Shown here: in pieces, positions 12,588 through 24,027 of the stretch | How the letters are laid out: each line of letters starts with the position of its first letter | Numbering within the stretch: position 1 is the stretch's first letter | Source of the DNA: Cladosporium halotolerans | Lineage: Eukaryota | Length of the DNA: 64,000 nucleotides | NCBI RefSeq assembly: GCF_011745625.1 | Contig: NW_027191484.1 | Coordinates: 124,001-188,000 of the forward strand | Reading direction: 5' to 3' | The notes under the pieces: generated by a model | Told to the model about the DNA's origin: nothing | Seen by the model: the letters and a program-made list of their open reading frames with translations, nothing else | Databases searched by the model: none | Made by a program: the position numbers and the translations under genes

Positions 12588-13296
12588 CTACAGGCCGGCA
12601 GATTTGGGGTGAGCGAAAAGCGGCTGAACCGTTTCTCCCTCGTAGATTGATGAGCTGCGGGCGTATGTTTCTGGTGCTTTGCTGTCTGCCGTCATTGGGC
12701 GCAAATAGTTTGTAACTCTCTTTTCCTGTAAGGCAGATCTTCGTTCGTCCGCTGTTTTCATATCAAGGCATAGAGGTTTCGGACAGCCAGTTTGCTAATA
12801 TTGTCAGTGTATAAAGTACGTAATGATTTCTGCAGAATGTTACCTCTCCCATAACACTTTGATACGCAAATTGCCAGGCATCAAGCTCGCTTTTCAATAC
12901 TTGTACCTCACGAACAAGGTCAAGACGCTCTGCATCGCACTGCACGAAGTTTTTCGTTGCTGCAGACCATTCGCTAGCCAATGCCTGGCACTCTTGTTTC
13001 ATGAACAATATCTGCTGATCAAGCTGATCCCTTCGAGCAGTCTCATTTCGGAGTGTCACAAGTGTTCGATGATGAGCCCAGCGCTCCGAATTCAGCAGTT
13101 GTTGAATGTTGTGTCGTTGGTCAGACCCCTCGGGTGAGTCTGCATGTTCGGGAGATTCGGCGCAAGATCGGCTAGATCGGATAGGCTGCAGCAGCGGGTG
13201 CAGAGGCAGCGCGGGTCTTTCCGCAGTGCTCGCCGAACGCATGAGGAGTGGCGGAAGCTGCGGAGCGTGCGGAAAGTCGGTAAAAGGCATGGTCAT
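12588..13296 (-). CDS. Hypothetical coiled-coil protein, 2 exons
   Basis: ORF from ATG 13296 with a heptad-rich middle. An intron (GTAACA...CTGAC...TTAG, ~12843-12795) gives an in-frame second exon ending at TAG 12588. Confidence 0.6.
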
Positions 13297-13956
13297 TCAT
13301 CAAACGAGTGAAAAATAGAGCTGCTACCGATGGTTCTGGCGCAAGAAGTAGTCACGAGATGCCTCCATAATCACCAGCAGACAAACCGACAGTGTAAGAC
13401 CGCCCACCGTCTAACTTCGTACCCACTGTAGGGCGCACCTCGCGCAGCGACACCAACTTCTTGACCTGCATTAGCTCGCTCAGCTGCACACCACTACGCG
13501 GCTATTAGCGCCGTTGTGGCGCGCGCGGCGTCAGTCCGGAACTTCCCCGGCCTGCCAAAGTGCGGCCGTGTACGCCACATTACGCCGCACAACGCTCGGT
13601 TATGCGACTAGGACCAACGTCACATCATCGACCAAGAACATCTTCCTGGAATTGATGTAAATCAGCTTCGGACATTGATCCTTCAAGGACAAGGAAGCAA
13701 AATGTGATGCAATGGGGCATATAGGCGCCATTGTGTGAGGGAGCATCCCAGGAATCCGACCTTGGTCGTGCCAGACCGTGCGGACGAACGTGGAATGGAC
13801 GTGCGCCGCAGTCCTGGTACTCTCCTTCCAGGAAGCGGTAATACTGGAAAACGGAATCGCAGAGCTCGATCGAGCATGCAAGCCGAGCTGTGTGGACTGC
13901 GCACTGTCATATCATTAGCTTGATCGCCGCCATGCCGCAAAAGGGGATACCCAGCC

Positions 13957-15176
13957 ATGTCGGCCATCGATACGCCATTCAAGCGCCATTCCCGCGCGCA
14001 GGGTGTCACCCTCAATGATCCAATACGATCGAAACCATCAACATCTCTAGAGCTTAAACCACCGTCATCCACGCTCTCGAGAGAAGGCGCGCTTCGTAGA
14101 TCTCGCTTGCTGAATGTCCGACAAACGCCCTCTTGGATACAGTCTAAGGGGGAAACAGTCGTTCTTTCAGAGGTTAGCGCGTCAGGGAAAAGCTCCGAAA
14201 AAGCCGAACGATCAACAACCCCGCCTTTACGAGTGGAGACGATAGCAATCCCCAGATCAAATTGGGTAAACTTTGTCAAATTGGGAACCCTCGTCCAAGG
14301 CGGCCGAGAGTTGCTCATATGTTGCTCTCGCCACGATCAGCAACTTTTCATGCTCAAAAATGTTACTAGTGACAAGAATAGTCATATAGAGAAGACGGGA
14401 ATGCTCCAACACCGCCATATCGCACTGTCGAGCTTTTCCATCGAAACGGAGTCCATCTCCTACATCGCATTCCAATTCACCCGTCACACACTGGAAGAGC
14501 TTTTGCATATTCACGTCACGATGGATGAACACCACATACGGGCGATGGCATTACCTGTAAGATCGGCCGATCGGGGCCAGTCCTGACTAGTAATCTAACA
14601 TTTTCAGGTCTTTCAAGCTATCAAGTATCTCCATGAAAAGAAACTTCTCCACGGGAGTGTAAACGCCCAGTCAATTCGCATTTGCAGTCGCTCTGGAACT
14701 GTAGTGCTCGGTGAGTGCAACACTACTTACTAAGGTCAGTGAACTTCTTTGACCAGAGGGTGTAGGGGACTGCGACGGTTGCGAGGAAGTGGCGAAGCCC
14801 ACCGGTACCGATCTTGAAGGTCTGGGAATCGCCATACTCAATTGCATGGAGGGCACGTTATCCGACCTTACTGCAACCCGCGTAAAAGAGTGTCGAGCGT
14901 CTAACAAGGTATTCGGGCTTAGCAGTCCAGAGAAATGGAGCGAGCATAAACAGCTGGTAGATTTCGTCGATGATATTTTCAGTGCTCAAAGGAAGCCTGT
15001 TGTTAAATTCATGAAACCTGTAGGAGATTTGAGATCATCTGAGCCATCCGAAATTATCAAGTACTGACTTCGAAAAGCACGCATACGTTACGCATGGGTG
15101 TTGGGATCCGGAAGCGCTGGTGCCGTTAGCCGAGCTTGCTAGCCTTGAATGCTTCACCTTGTGGCACCCCGCCTGA
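13957..15176 (+). CDS. Protein kinase-like protein (probable pseudokinase), 4 exons
   Basis: Introns at ~14557-14607, 14711-14765 and ~15020-15077 join the ORFs. Kinase-fold segments: FMLK, LQHRHI, HTLEELL, VFQAIKYLHEKKLLHGSV, VVLGDCD, DLEGLG. HRD and DFG are degenerate. Confidence 0.75.
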
Positions 15177-15386
15177 GGATTTCATCACAGTACTCGTCTG
15201 GTGCGGCGTTGGTATCTGTTGGCGGCAACAAATATGATTGGTACTTTTAGTTGAACATTAAGCGCTCGGATCAAGGCCCTGCTGTGCCACATGACGAGCT
15301 CTTTACATTTAAAGCTCCGAGTGCAACCCCGGAGCTCTTTGTTTTTTCCTAACTGACTCGAAACGGCTTCCATTTATCGTGAAGCG

Positions 15387-16042
15387 ATGGCTTTCCACGG
15401 CCAGCACCCTTTTCAATACACGCCTCAACCACAGCCTCAACAGAGTAATACATTCCAACCTCCGTTCGGCCCTGCACCTTTCTCCACGAATAGCTCGAGC
15501 GCGCCCGCGTCTTTCAACGACCTACCGTTACCTGGTGAGCAAGGAGCTTTTGCAACGAACGATGCGCAAAGCTATGACCTCCCTCAAAACGCTGGACCTT
15601 TCAGAGCGTTCTCGTCGCAGCTCATGCAGCTCGAGAGCCGACTAGAAGGACGCTTTCAGGAGATTCGTCTCCGCGCAGAGAGCGCTGATAGGTATCGTCC
15701 CCGGTTCTTCACACGGCATCCATGTCTCTGATCTATATCAGTGCAATTGCCAAGCTTGAGAACACCCGGAATCGTACCAACCCTCTTGATCGAGCAATTG
15801 AAAGTCGCCTCGAAGATCTTGAGAATCGTTCAGCGCGTGCCGAGACATCGCTCACTACGCTTTCCAGGTCTCTTCAAGGTCTGACCAAGACTCTAGATGA
15901 GCTTGACTTGAGGGCAGAAAGAAGTGCCGACGATGCTTACGCGATGATCACTCTGATTATTGACATAGTGACAAGGCAACTCGAAGTCAATAGGATGGAA
16001 TCAAAAGAACTGCAGCAATACCAACAGCGAGGTGAACAATAG
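15387..16042 (+). CDS. Hypothetical protein with Q/P-rich N-terminus and coiled-coil C-terminus, 2 exons
   Basis: ORFs 15387-15731 and 15722-16042 are joined in frame by intron 15692-15741 (GTATCG...CTGAT...CAG). Confidence 0.7.
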
Positions 16043-16754
16043 AGTTAAACACAGATGGATGAATTGGAGGTTGGAAAGCAGAGCTTATGGCGTTCGAATA
16101 CTGAATTTACATCATTATACTACTGCTCAAGACGCTGTCTCCTTGGTATTACCGTGATTTCCTGAATTCGATCGGGATTTATCTTGCCGAACCCACGATC
16201 AACCCAGAGAAGCGAGGAGCTTCGCTGCGGTTCGCAAAGTCTTCGCTTCTCTCGTGTCAAGCCACAGTCAAAGTAGCGCTCCCATTCCGACGCGCTCCTA
16301 GCAACATCCCGCAATCTGGCTCCTCTACAAAGCTTCCCTCCTGTCGCAGCGACAACAAGCACGATCCTGACATGCTCGATCCGACTATGTTCAGGGTCGC
16401 ACACCACTTTGTACTCCCTGATTTGCTTTGCGTCCAATTTACCACGCGAGCATCGACGCAATGCGATCAGTTCACCGAGCTGGTGTCTTTCGCGCTGCTG
16501 CTGGCTTAGTAGGGCCATGCCCATTTGTCCACCATCAAGCAGACTATTGCGGTGCTCGTGCCTATCAATGGTGGTGATACGCTGGAGCATTGTGTGATTA
16601 GATGAGGTGAGACACCGACGTTTTCGAAAATCTCGATGTCGTAATCCTCCGGTATCGGATCCCATCGCAACGGATCTGATCCACTCCTCAAACGTCTCTG
16701 CAGCTCGATGAGGGAATATTTTGCTACAGTGTGAATTGCATCCAGTTATGCTGG

Positions 16755-17069
16755 TCAACAGTAATGACGTGACAAAGAGAACGCAGCCCGGATGTCGGTA
16801 TCTTTCGTCGCCATCGAGATGGGTGTAACACAAGTCACAAGCACATTGAGAGCTTCGCAGGCAGAGCACGTATATCTCCGTCGATAGCAACGTAATGCGC
16901 CCGTCACTCTGAGGCAGCCGGCAGCGTGGTTCACAAGGTCATGGTCTGGTTTGAGGTGGAAAGACCGGTCGAAGCAAATTTCGCTGGTCTTGCTCTTATT
17001 GCAAAGGTCCAGAAAGCCTGGTTTTTCTGTTTCGCAGAAACCGCATTGATCATAGATTACGCAGCACAT
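16755..17069 (-). CDS. Small Cys-rich hypothetical protein (possible zinc-binding)
   Basis: MCCVIYDQCGFC...LDLC...IC...YTCSAC pattern, with a TATA-like sequence ~130 bp upstream. The 3' structure is uncertain and further exons may lie in 16120-16700. Confidence 0.4.
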   Translation of the reverse strand: MCCVIYDQCGFCETEKPGFLDLCNKSKTSEICFDRSFHLKPDHDLVNHAAGCLRVTGALRCYRRRYTCSACEALNVLVTCVTPISMATKDTDIRAAFSLSRHYC

Positions 17070-17377
17070 GCTCGAAGACGAGAGTTGCTTCAGACACAGG
17101 GCTATGAAATTACAGCTTATCCTCGTTAAGATAGAAAAGGAGGTGTCGCTAGAATATGCAATTCCAGGAATGTGATTCCAGAAAGCCATTTCTTTGTATA
17201 ACGGCACGTGGGGGCTGACGTGCAGTCATGTACGAGATCTCAAAATCCCGAGAACTGGCTCCTAGACAAGGAATTGTTGGTTTGAAGTCTTCCTCGCGAA
17301 GGAGAAGATATAACGTCAGATCACGGACACATACTCGCGCGCAGCTTACAGCGACCGCGAAAGTCTCTGCTATCCCA

Positions 17378-17821
17378 ATGAAGACTATCCAAAGCGTTCA
17401 TTTCCCCCTAGAAGTCGTGACTGCAATCTCCCGTGGGCCTAATAGTATCGAGCTTCACCAGCTCGTCGGATTTGAGAACCATGTCCAAGGTTGCGACAAG
17501 TGCGTCATCGCCAGTCATCTTCGAGACTTTCCCGAAGCTCTTTGCAAACGCGGCAGATACCTCGCAAAACATCTATTGGCTTATGTGGTCGGAGCTTCAA
17601 ACGGGCACACATATAGTACGACCTCGTACCGCACCCGATACATGAGAGTGGAGATACCTCGTGACATGGTCTACGCCCATCTGCTTTACGGGAAGAATAA
17701 CCTCACGCATAGGTCACGTTTCTCCGGGGACTATCGCGGTAGCGAGCGCCGGGCGAGGTCGCGAGCGAAACCAGTCGGGCATATATTTAAAGTTGTGTAT
17801 CGTATACGCAACGCCAGATGA
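17378..17821 (+). CDS. Hypothetical protein with H/C motif (FENHVQGCDKC...LCKRG)
   Basis: ORF with likely start MKTIQ and an upstream TATA-like ATATAA near 17308. The motif looks like a small conserved fungal family. Confidence 0.55.
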   Translation: MKTIQSVHFPLEVVTAISRGPNSIELHQLVGFENHVQGCDKCVIASHLRDFPEALCKRGRYLAKHLLAYVVGASNGHTYSTTSYRTRYMRVEIPRDMVYAHLLYGKNNLTHRSRFSGDYRGSERRARSRAKPVGHIFKVVYRIRNAR

Positions 17822-18264
17822 ATAGTTTTTGGGTATATACTCACGTTATGACGAAGTTTATTCTTGCCATCATTCTTCAACTCGTCAATGCTGTGTGCAA
17901 TGTTACATGCCCTTCCAGGCGGGCCAGTGCCCTTCAAAGCACCTAACGTTACTTACGTGAACATCGTGACGCATCGGCACATGCGAAGAGCTATCGCACT
18001 AGCAGTTTACTATGAAGCTTCAGATGCACGATATGTAAGGCCTGAGGGACTTCTTGGGTACATATCAAGCCGGGAACGCATTCCTGGATATGTAATTCTC
18101 ATCTGAATGCTCTGGATACAGGAACGGTCGATTTAAGACGAGACGCACTTACCATTATATGCCAAATGAATTGTATATAAGAACGGCAACCGAAGCTGTT
18201 TGACAGCTGAACAACTCAACTCAGCACAACACAGATTTTATTGAAATCCCAAATACTCGACGAC

Positions 18265-18877
18265 ATGCTTCGTAAAGCCGTCGTTCTCCTCTCAGTGTCA
18301 GCCACTACCGTGGTAGGCACACCAAGCGTATCAGTTGACCACAGCCTCCCGTGTCAGATATACCCTATCAGTACCTTTACTGCAGGCGAAAAACTGCAGT
18401 TTCAGTCTGCACCACCTCCACCCGCATGTACGAGATGTCGTCTAACATGATTGACAGATTGATTGGCGATCAAGAAAAAAGTTGCCGTGTAGTGATCGCA
18501 TTCAGCGACCCACGATTCCTCCCGGTGTCCATTCTTGCGGTCCCCCGAGAGTGCTCGGGATATCAAACAGCGACGGTCCGTTTGCCGGAATCGCTCCCCG
18601 ACGGCTATGCCTCGATTCAGTGGTATGTCACTTGATGCAATGCAGAGGGCGTTACGTATCTAACTTTTTTTTTCACAGGCAATGCGAGGGTGAATTCACC
18701 ACCTCTTGCAATGTCCTCGATGTAATTGGCGGATGCAATGATCTGGAGGCTTTCGCCAGTGAGCGTGAAGGCATGAGGATGAGGGTAGAGTGTCATGGCG
18801 ATGAGGTGCGCCAAAAGCGGGAACCAGAATCCAGGAATTTACTTCAAATCCTGCACCTCAACAGCACATTGGGTTGA
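18265..18877 (+). CDS. Small secreted Cys-containing protein, 3 exons
   Basis: Signal peptide MLRKAVVLLSVSATTVVG with TATATAA at ~18174. Introns ~18404-18457 and 18623-18678 (with CTAAC branch sites) splice in frame. Contains VRLPESLPDGYASIQWQC. Confidence 0.6.
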
Positions 18878-18974
18878 GAATTGTCTCTGTATATATGGGA
18901 GTCTTCGCTCCAAATTGATTCTCTTAGGCATGTAATCTCTTTTCGCAGCCGCCATTAGCTTGAATATCGAAACC

Positions 18975-19250
18975 ATGGATGACGATAAATCCTTCAATAC
19001 AAGTGAAATCGAAAAGCTATGCTTCGTCATTGAAAGCAAATTCGGCGAAGTCAAAGAACGTCTTGATCGAATAGAGCAACTGGTCTCTGACCAGGCTCCA
19101 GGGGCTTGCCAGGACAGAAAAACTGAACTGAAACGGTGGACGTCGTCAGTGGCTACAAAAGTCGGGATCAGACTTGTACGCGCTCTGGCGAAAGAGGCGG
19201 TTCCCAAGAATGGTAGGATTCTTGACGTGTTCAGCGCAATCAGAGACTGA
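18975..19250 (+). CDS. Small hypothetical protein with a short coiled coil
   Basis: ORF MDDDKSF...FGEVKERLDRIEQL with TATATAT ~85 bp upstream. Confidence 0.45.
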   Translation: MDDDKSFNTSEIEKLCFVIESKFGEVKERLDRIEQLVSDQAPGACQDRKTELKRWTSSVATKVGIRLVRALAKEAVPKNGRILDVFSAIRD

Positions 19251-19665
19251 TTCACAAGAGCAGGGGCACTACTGGAGATGCTCGAGGCGTGCAGGATGGA
19301 AGGTCGGGTGAAGTAGTGTTTTGTATTGCACGTACAGAGTGACATGAATATAAATGTGCGAAAATGTCAATCTAATCGTTGTACACCCTTTCTGGCTGTC
19401 TTGTTTGGAAAAATCCAGTAGAACAGACCACTTGACCTTCAATGATGACTTGGACTCGTGGCTGCGCTTGATATGGAGCTCATCGTCTGACAAGTGATGG
19501 TTTGTCTTCAGATGCTCAGGGCTGGCGGGGGACAAAATGCCCGCGCGGAACCCTATGTTTGGTGGGAATCAACTTCTCGTAACGTTAGAACATTTCCTGC
19601 AGCTATCACATCCATGCACACGCGAAGCCCACGCGGGATCCTTGCGGACGTAAGTCTGCCGGGGT

Positions 19666-20198
19666 ATCACGTGGACTAAAGCCCATACGGGCTTTCAATA
19701 CGTGCGGGCTTTCTGCGTCTACGGTCCGCGGGTGTACGCGGGACTGGCAGATTACGAGATCGTCACGTGAAATAAAGCCCATACGGGCTCTCAGTGCATG
19801 CGGGCTTTCGACGTCTGCGGTCCGCGGGTGTACGCGGGACTGGCAGATTACGAGATCGTCACGTGAAATAAAGCCCATACGGGCTCTCAGTGCATGCGGG
19901 CTTTCGACGTCTGCGGTGCATGGATGTTCGCGGGACCGGGGTTTCCCCCAGCGTTCAGCCGCACGTGATGCCTCGGCAACCGACGGTCCCGCGTGGAGCC
20001 GCGGACCGCAGACGTCGAAAGCCCGTATGTACTGAGAGCCCGTATGGGCTTTACTTCACGTGATAGCTCGTAATCCGCCAGTCCTCCGGGCACCTGCGGA
20101 CCGTAGACATCGAAGGCCCGTATGTAGTAAGAGCCCGCACGGGGTTTGATTCACGTGATGAGCTCACAGATTTGGGATCTACTGGCGTCAATCACGTG
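19666..20198. repeat. Converging (inverted) array of ~96-bp tandem repeats, each carrying RTCACGTG and an internal AGCCC-ATAC-GGGCT hairpin
   Basis: Forward units start at CACGTG 19668, 19764 and 19860 (period 96; the third decays after ~19917). Reverse-complement units are delimited by CACGTG at 20152, 20057 and 19962 (period 95). There is an extra ATCACGTG at 20191. Confidence 0.95.
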
Positions 20199-20530
20199 CT
20201 TTGCGAGTTCCGTACGGGATATTCTGGTCGGCGGGCGTTGAAAGCGTGCGGTACGTGGAGGCGGCTGGCTGATGTCCGGACATAAGAGAGCGCCGAAGGC
20301 TGCTGGTATCGTTTTCTTAGAACAAGACGCAGCGGCGTGGTCCGTACGGAGCGCGTCGGCTCTCCATCTCACACCCTTTCTCCATCGGCATGTGGATGTA
20401 GGTAGAAAACGGTTGAAACCGCCCGCGCGGGTATATAACAGATTTTAGTCACATGCTCTATCACACACAACTAAGCACAGGAATGAAGAGTAGAGGTTCT
20501 GTACTATCGCAATGCACAATAATACATGCA

Positions 20531-21418
20531 TTAATCACGGCCGCCATAAGCTTCCAAGGTCTCGGAGGGGACCCACATGGGCTTCCACACGACTTCGACA
20601 AGACCATGAGCGGGAGAATCCGACATCGACTGTACCCAGTGGAGCAGCGGGTGTCTGCGCAACACCTCGAGTGTGTTCTCGTGAATCAACGAACTCTCCC
20701 ATTGAACGAGAGATCTCCCAGCATGTTCTCCCACCAAATCTCCAAACTCGAACTGCGACTGGCGCTGTACAACATCCTCATAGTTTCGCAGAATATCGAC
20801 AGGTTCCCAGCTCAGCTCCCAAACAACCCTCGAAAGGCCGCTCCCAAGGGATTCCATGTATGACACATATTCCAGCAATGGTTTACTGTGTAGGAATCTA
20901 TCGTTCAGATCACAGTCGCGGATTATCGAGTCGGCCCACCGGATTTGGCATTGGTCGCCCTCGATTCGGAGAACACTGTCGAGCTCAAATTCGAAGTTCT
21001 CGAGCCTGGCATTTGGAGCCACGCCAGCGAAAATGTCGTGACCGGATCCGTCAAAGATCGTAGACGCTTCGCTTGGATGAGGCGATGGGGAATCCGAGAT
21101 GCAACGACGGGGTTGATCCACAGCTTTGAGGATGCCGCGATGCTCAGCAGTAGCAACGACACCGCCGATTTCTCGAGGACTTGGGCTCACAGAGAGTGGC
21201 GCCTCTTCCTGAACATCGGCGAGCTCGGATGAATGAGTGCATACTGACAGGGGAAGGTGCTCTTCAAGTGGAGAAGATTTGCGTGCATATATGGAGTCAT
21301 TCTCGCCAGCGATAGAGGCCCTCGTACGGCTGCGAGGATGCGGTGCCTGGTACTTGCTTTGACTGTGGTAGATGGAATTACTGGCATGGTTCGCACGTTG
21401 CCTGGAAGCTTTCGGCAT
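20531..21418 (-). CDS. Protein with four tandem chromodomain-like modules
   Basis: Likely start MPKASRQR, then a disordered N-terminus and four modules: QCQIRWADSII, SRVVWELSWEP, SLVQWESSLIH, VEVVWKPMWVP. They form two repeats of a double module, each containing a [HK]PLL motif. Confidence 0.65.
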   Translation of the reverse strand: MPKASRQRANHASNSIYHSQSKYQAPHPRSRTRASIAGENDSIYARKSSPLEEHLPLSVCTHSSELADVQEEAPLSVSPSPREIGGVVATAEHRGILKAVDQPRRCISDSPSPHPSEASTIFDGSGHDIFAGVAPNARLENFEFELDSVLRIEGDQCQIRWADSIIRDCDLNDRFLHSKPLLEYVSYMESLGSGLSRVVWELSWEPVDILRNYEDVVQRQSQFEFGDLVGEHAGRSLVQWESSLIHENTLEVLRRHPLLHWVQSMSDSPAHGLVEVVWKPMWVPSETLEAYGGRD

Positions 21419-22742
21419 GGTAGCTGCTGCGAGCGTGGAGGCCAAACGGAATTCTCGGCTGAGGAGCAGTAGGTAGGCAAGGAGATGGAGTATTGTGTAA
21501 GGGAAGAGATGGAAAAAGACGCAGGCAATTACTTTGCCTTTATACACGACCGTATCTGACCATACCCTCACAAGCTTGGAGTGCTCCACTGTAATGATTG
21601 GGCACCCGAGTTCCGGGTCAGGGTCAGGAAACAGCACAGCCTACGCCAGCATCACATGCCAGACTACCTGCATTGCATTGCGGTAGGACGTGAATTTGGT
21701 AGGCTGAGGAGTGTCCGTGGTCTGTTGGTGGCGGATTGGAAAGGGGTATCGGCTCCGCCGCCTCACATGCACCAGCAAATCCCGGAATGGCCATAACAGG
21801 AATTCAACCACGCAGACCAATCCAATCGCGCTCAAGATCGTCATCATGAATTATGCCCAGCCCACACAATCACGGCCAGCAGCGGCTCTTCGACTAGGAA
21901 TTATCAATGGCGGCGAAGTAGCATTCAGCGATCAGGAAAGCCAGCACACTCTCCTTGACGATGAGACCTCACAGGCTTCACGCCATTCAAGAATAGTGCG
22001 AAGCAGCTCCGAAGTTGCAAAGATGCGAAACGTCGATTCCGGCATTGTGCTATTAGGCAGAGTTGGATGCGGGACTGAGGAACTCCGGGGCTCCGTTTGG
22101 GATGTTGATGCCTTCTTGCCCATGACATAGACGAGACTCAATGCACTGACTTCTTAATGTATTGCTCAACTCATCTTACGAGTGCAGTTTCGAATGAGGG
22201 AATCAACGCGGCGCGGCTGCTGGCGCTGAATTGGAATGATGCGGCATATCGACACGAACCATGTGTAAGCTTTCAGCGATCGCGATGCATACTGCGAGAA
22301 GCGGTGATGCCCACCACCAACAACTGCCGGGTTGAATCATCCCAGGGGCCTGTGAGACGGAAGAAGCGTGCTTCGAGCGATCTATTGGCGATGGATGCTC
22401 CGCAGTCAAGCAGGACGAGATGGCGTCAGCGAGACTATCGTTTCAGTCCCAAGCGGATCGATGTGGTTGGAGAACGCAGTCGACCTGTGTGGAACCTGAG
22501 GCTCAGCAGGCGAAGAGGGTACCGTCATGGGCACGAGCATCGCATGCGGTTGGATACGATTGCTTCTGAGCTGACAATGGCTTGCACTTGCATGCATTGC
22601 CTGGTTGGCTCTTCACCGCCAAGGATGCTAGGATCAAGAGCGCGAGAAGGTATAAAGCGCAGCTATAACCCTCATGGTTGATGGACGATTCCCAACCGCA
22701 CCACTTCAAAGAATATTTCCATCGATCTCCATCACACTCCAT

Positions 22743-23984
22743 ATGGCGACCACGAACGACCACAACAACCATTGGATGGCCCTGGGGGCATTTCCTAGGT
22801 CCGATAGAATGCTGCAGGACGATGACCAGCTGTTCAACTGTCCATCGAATGTGAGCATTAGTGGCGCACCGCTGTCAGTCGATTGAAAGCCTAATAGTCC
22901 GCCGCAGAGTACCTTCACGGCTGAGGCTGAAATGCATTGGCTTGATGATTCGCTCGCCGTCAGCGCATACTTCACTGTGGCGCAGTATCCATACGAGCTT
23001 TGGCGGATATCGACTTTTCCACAACTGTCAACGCGTGACCTCGTGGACAACGTTATTGACAAAGTGGGCTTACGTCGGGCAATAGCCCTCCACGTTGGCG
23101 CTAACCTTGTGACATTCTGTGTTCCTGCTGTGGCAAAGATATTACACAGCTTAGGCCATCAATGCCTCTGCCGATCATCTGTCGAAAATACCACCACCAA
23201 CGTCGAGGACTGGCTCCGTCAAAAGGTCGACTTGGCTGTTCCAGAGTGTCAGTGGCACGCGGGTTCGACCCCATACGCCAGAGTGAATTATCTGATGGCG
23301 CTGGTGCAAGAAGTTTTCCGGACGTTGCCCATATCTTGGAGCGATGCAGTCACACAGAGCGAAGACGGCAACGCTGTTGATGGCTCGCTCGAGTGTATCG
23401 CCCAGGCTGTGCGAAGTGCAAAGCTTGAGCCACAAGTTATGCTAGGAACTTGGGCAGCCGAGAACATGTTCCCAATTACCAAACCCATGAATACACCGGA
23501 GCGCTGGGAGCAACAGCCGCCGAAACGGTTTGACGAAAGGAACTCGCTTCCACGAACGGGCGGCCAGGAGGATGGCAATGATGGTTTCTCATCCCAAGAT
23601 TCTCAGCATGCGGGACGCGAAGGTTTGTCCGCCCTACGCATGTCGATTCACTGGAGACTAATTGCGGTGTTAGCGGCATACGAAGCCGGCGAGGATGACG
23701 CAATATCTGTTGGAAGCACGGTTGGAGACCTTGACAAAATCCCAGATCGAAGGAAGGTGATTGCATCCCAGCTGCTCTCCGGTATGTTACTCGGGGATAT
23801 CGACAAAGGGTGGAAGTTGACAAGCACAGATGCATCCTCAGTCGACGCTTCCTGTAAGCCAAACGTGAGGAGTTCGCGAGCCCCGGCACCCGAGTATGAC
23901 ATGACGCGTCACCCGGTAGACGGCAGCCTTGGTGACAAAAACGTCAATTCACGGAAACGGAGGCGAAGTTATCGAAGTGGATAA
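22743..23984 (+). CDS. Hypothetical protein with a C-terminal NLS-like RKRRR, 2 exons
   Basis: Exon 22743-22850 and intron 22851-22907 (GTGAGC...CTAAT...CAG) are in phase with ORF 22932-23984. Confidence 0.7.
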
Positions 23985-24027
23985 CGGCGCAGCGTCGCAG
24001 CAGAAACTCATCTCTCTTCATCAACGA

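Noticed and set aside
19606..20093. ORFs 19606-19878 and 19887-20093 with a 32-aa periodicity
   Set aside because: These are by-products of the 96-bp repeat. The reverse units have a 95-bp period that breaks frame, and there is no protein-like signal.
19666..20198. CRISPR-like array
   Set aside because: The units are contiguous near-identical tandem copies without unique spacers, they occur in both orientations, no cas genes are present, and the host is eukaryotic.
21640..22700. Several overlapping 60-170 aa ORFs
   Set aside because: No motifs or consistent gene model. The region is more likely a divergent promoter/UTR spacer.
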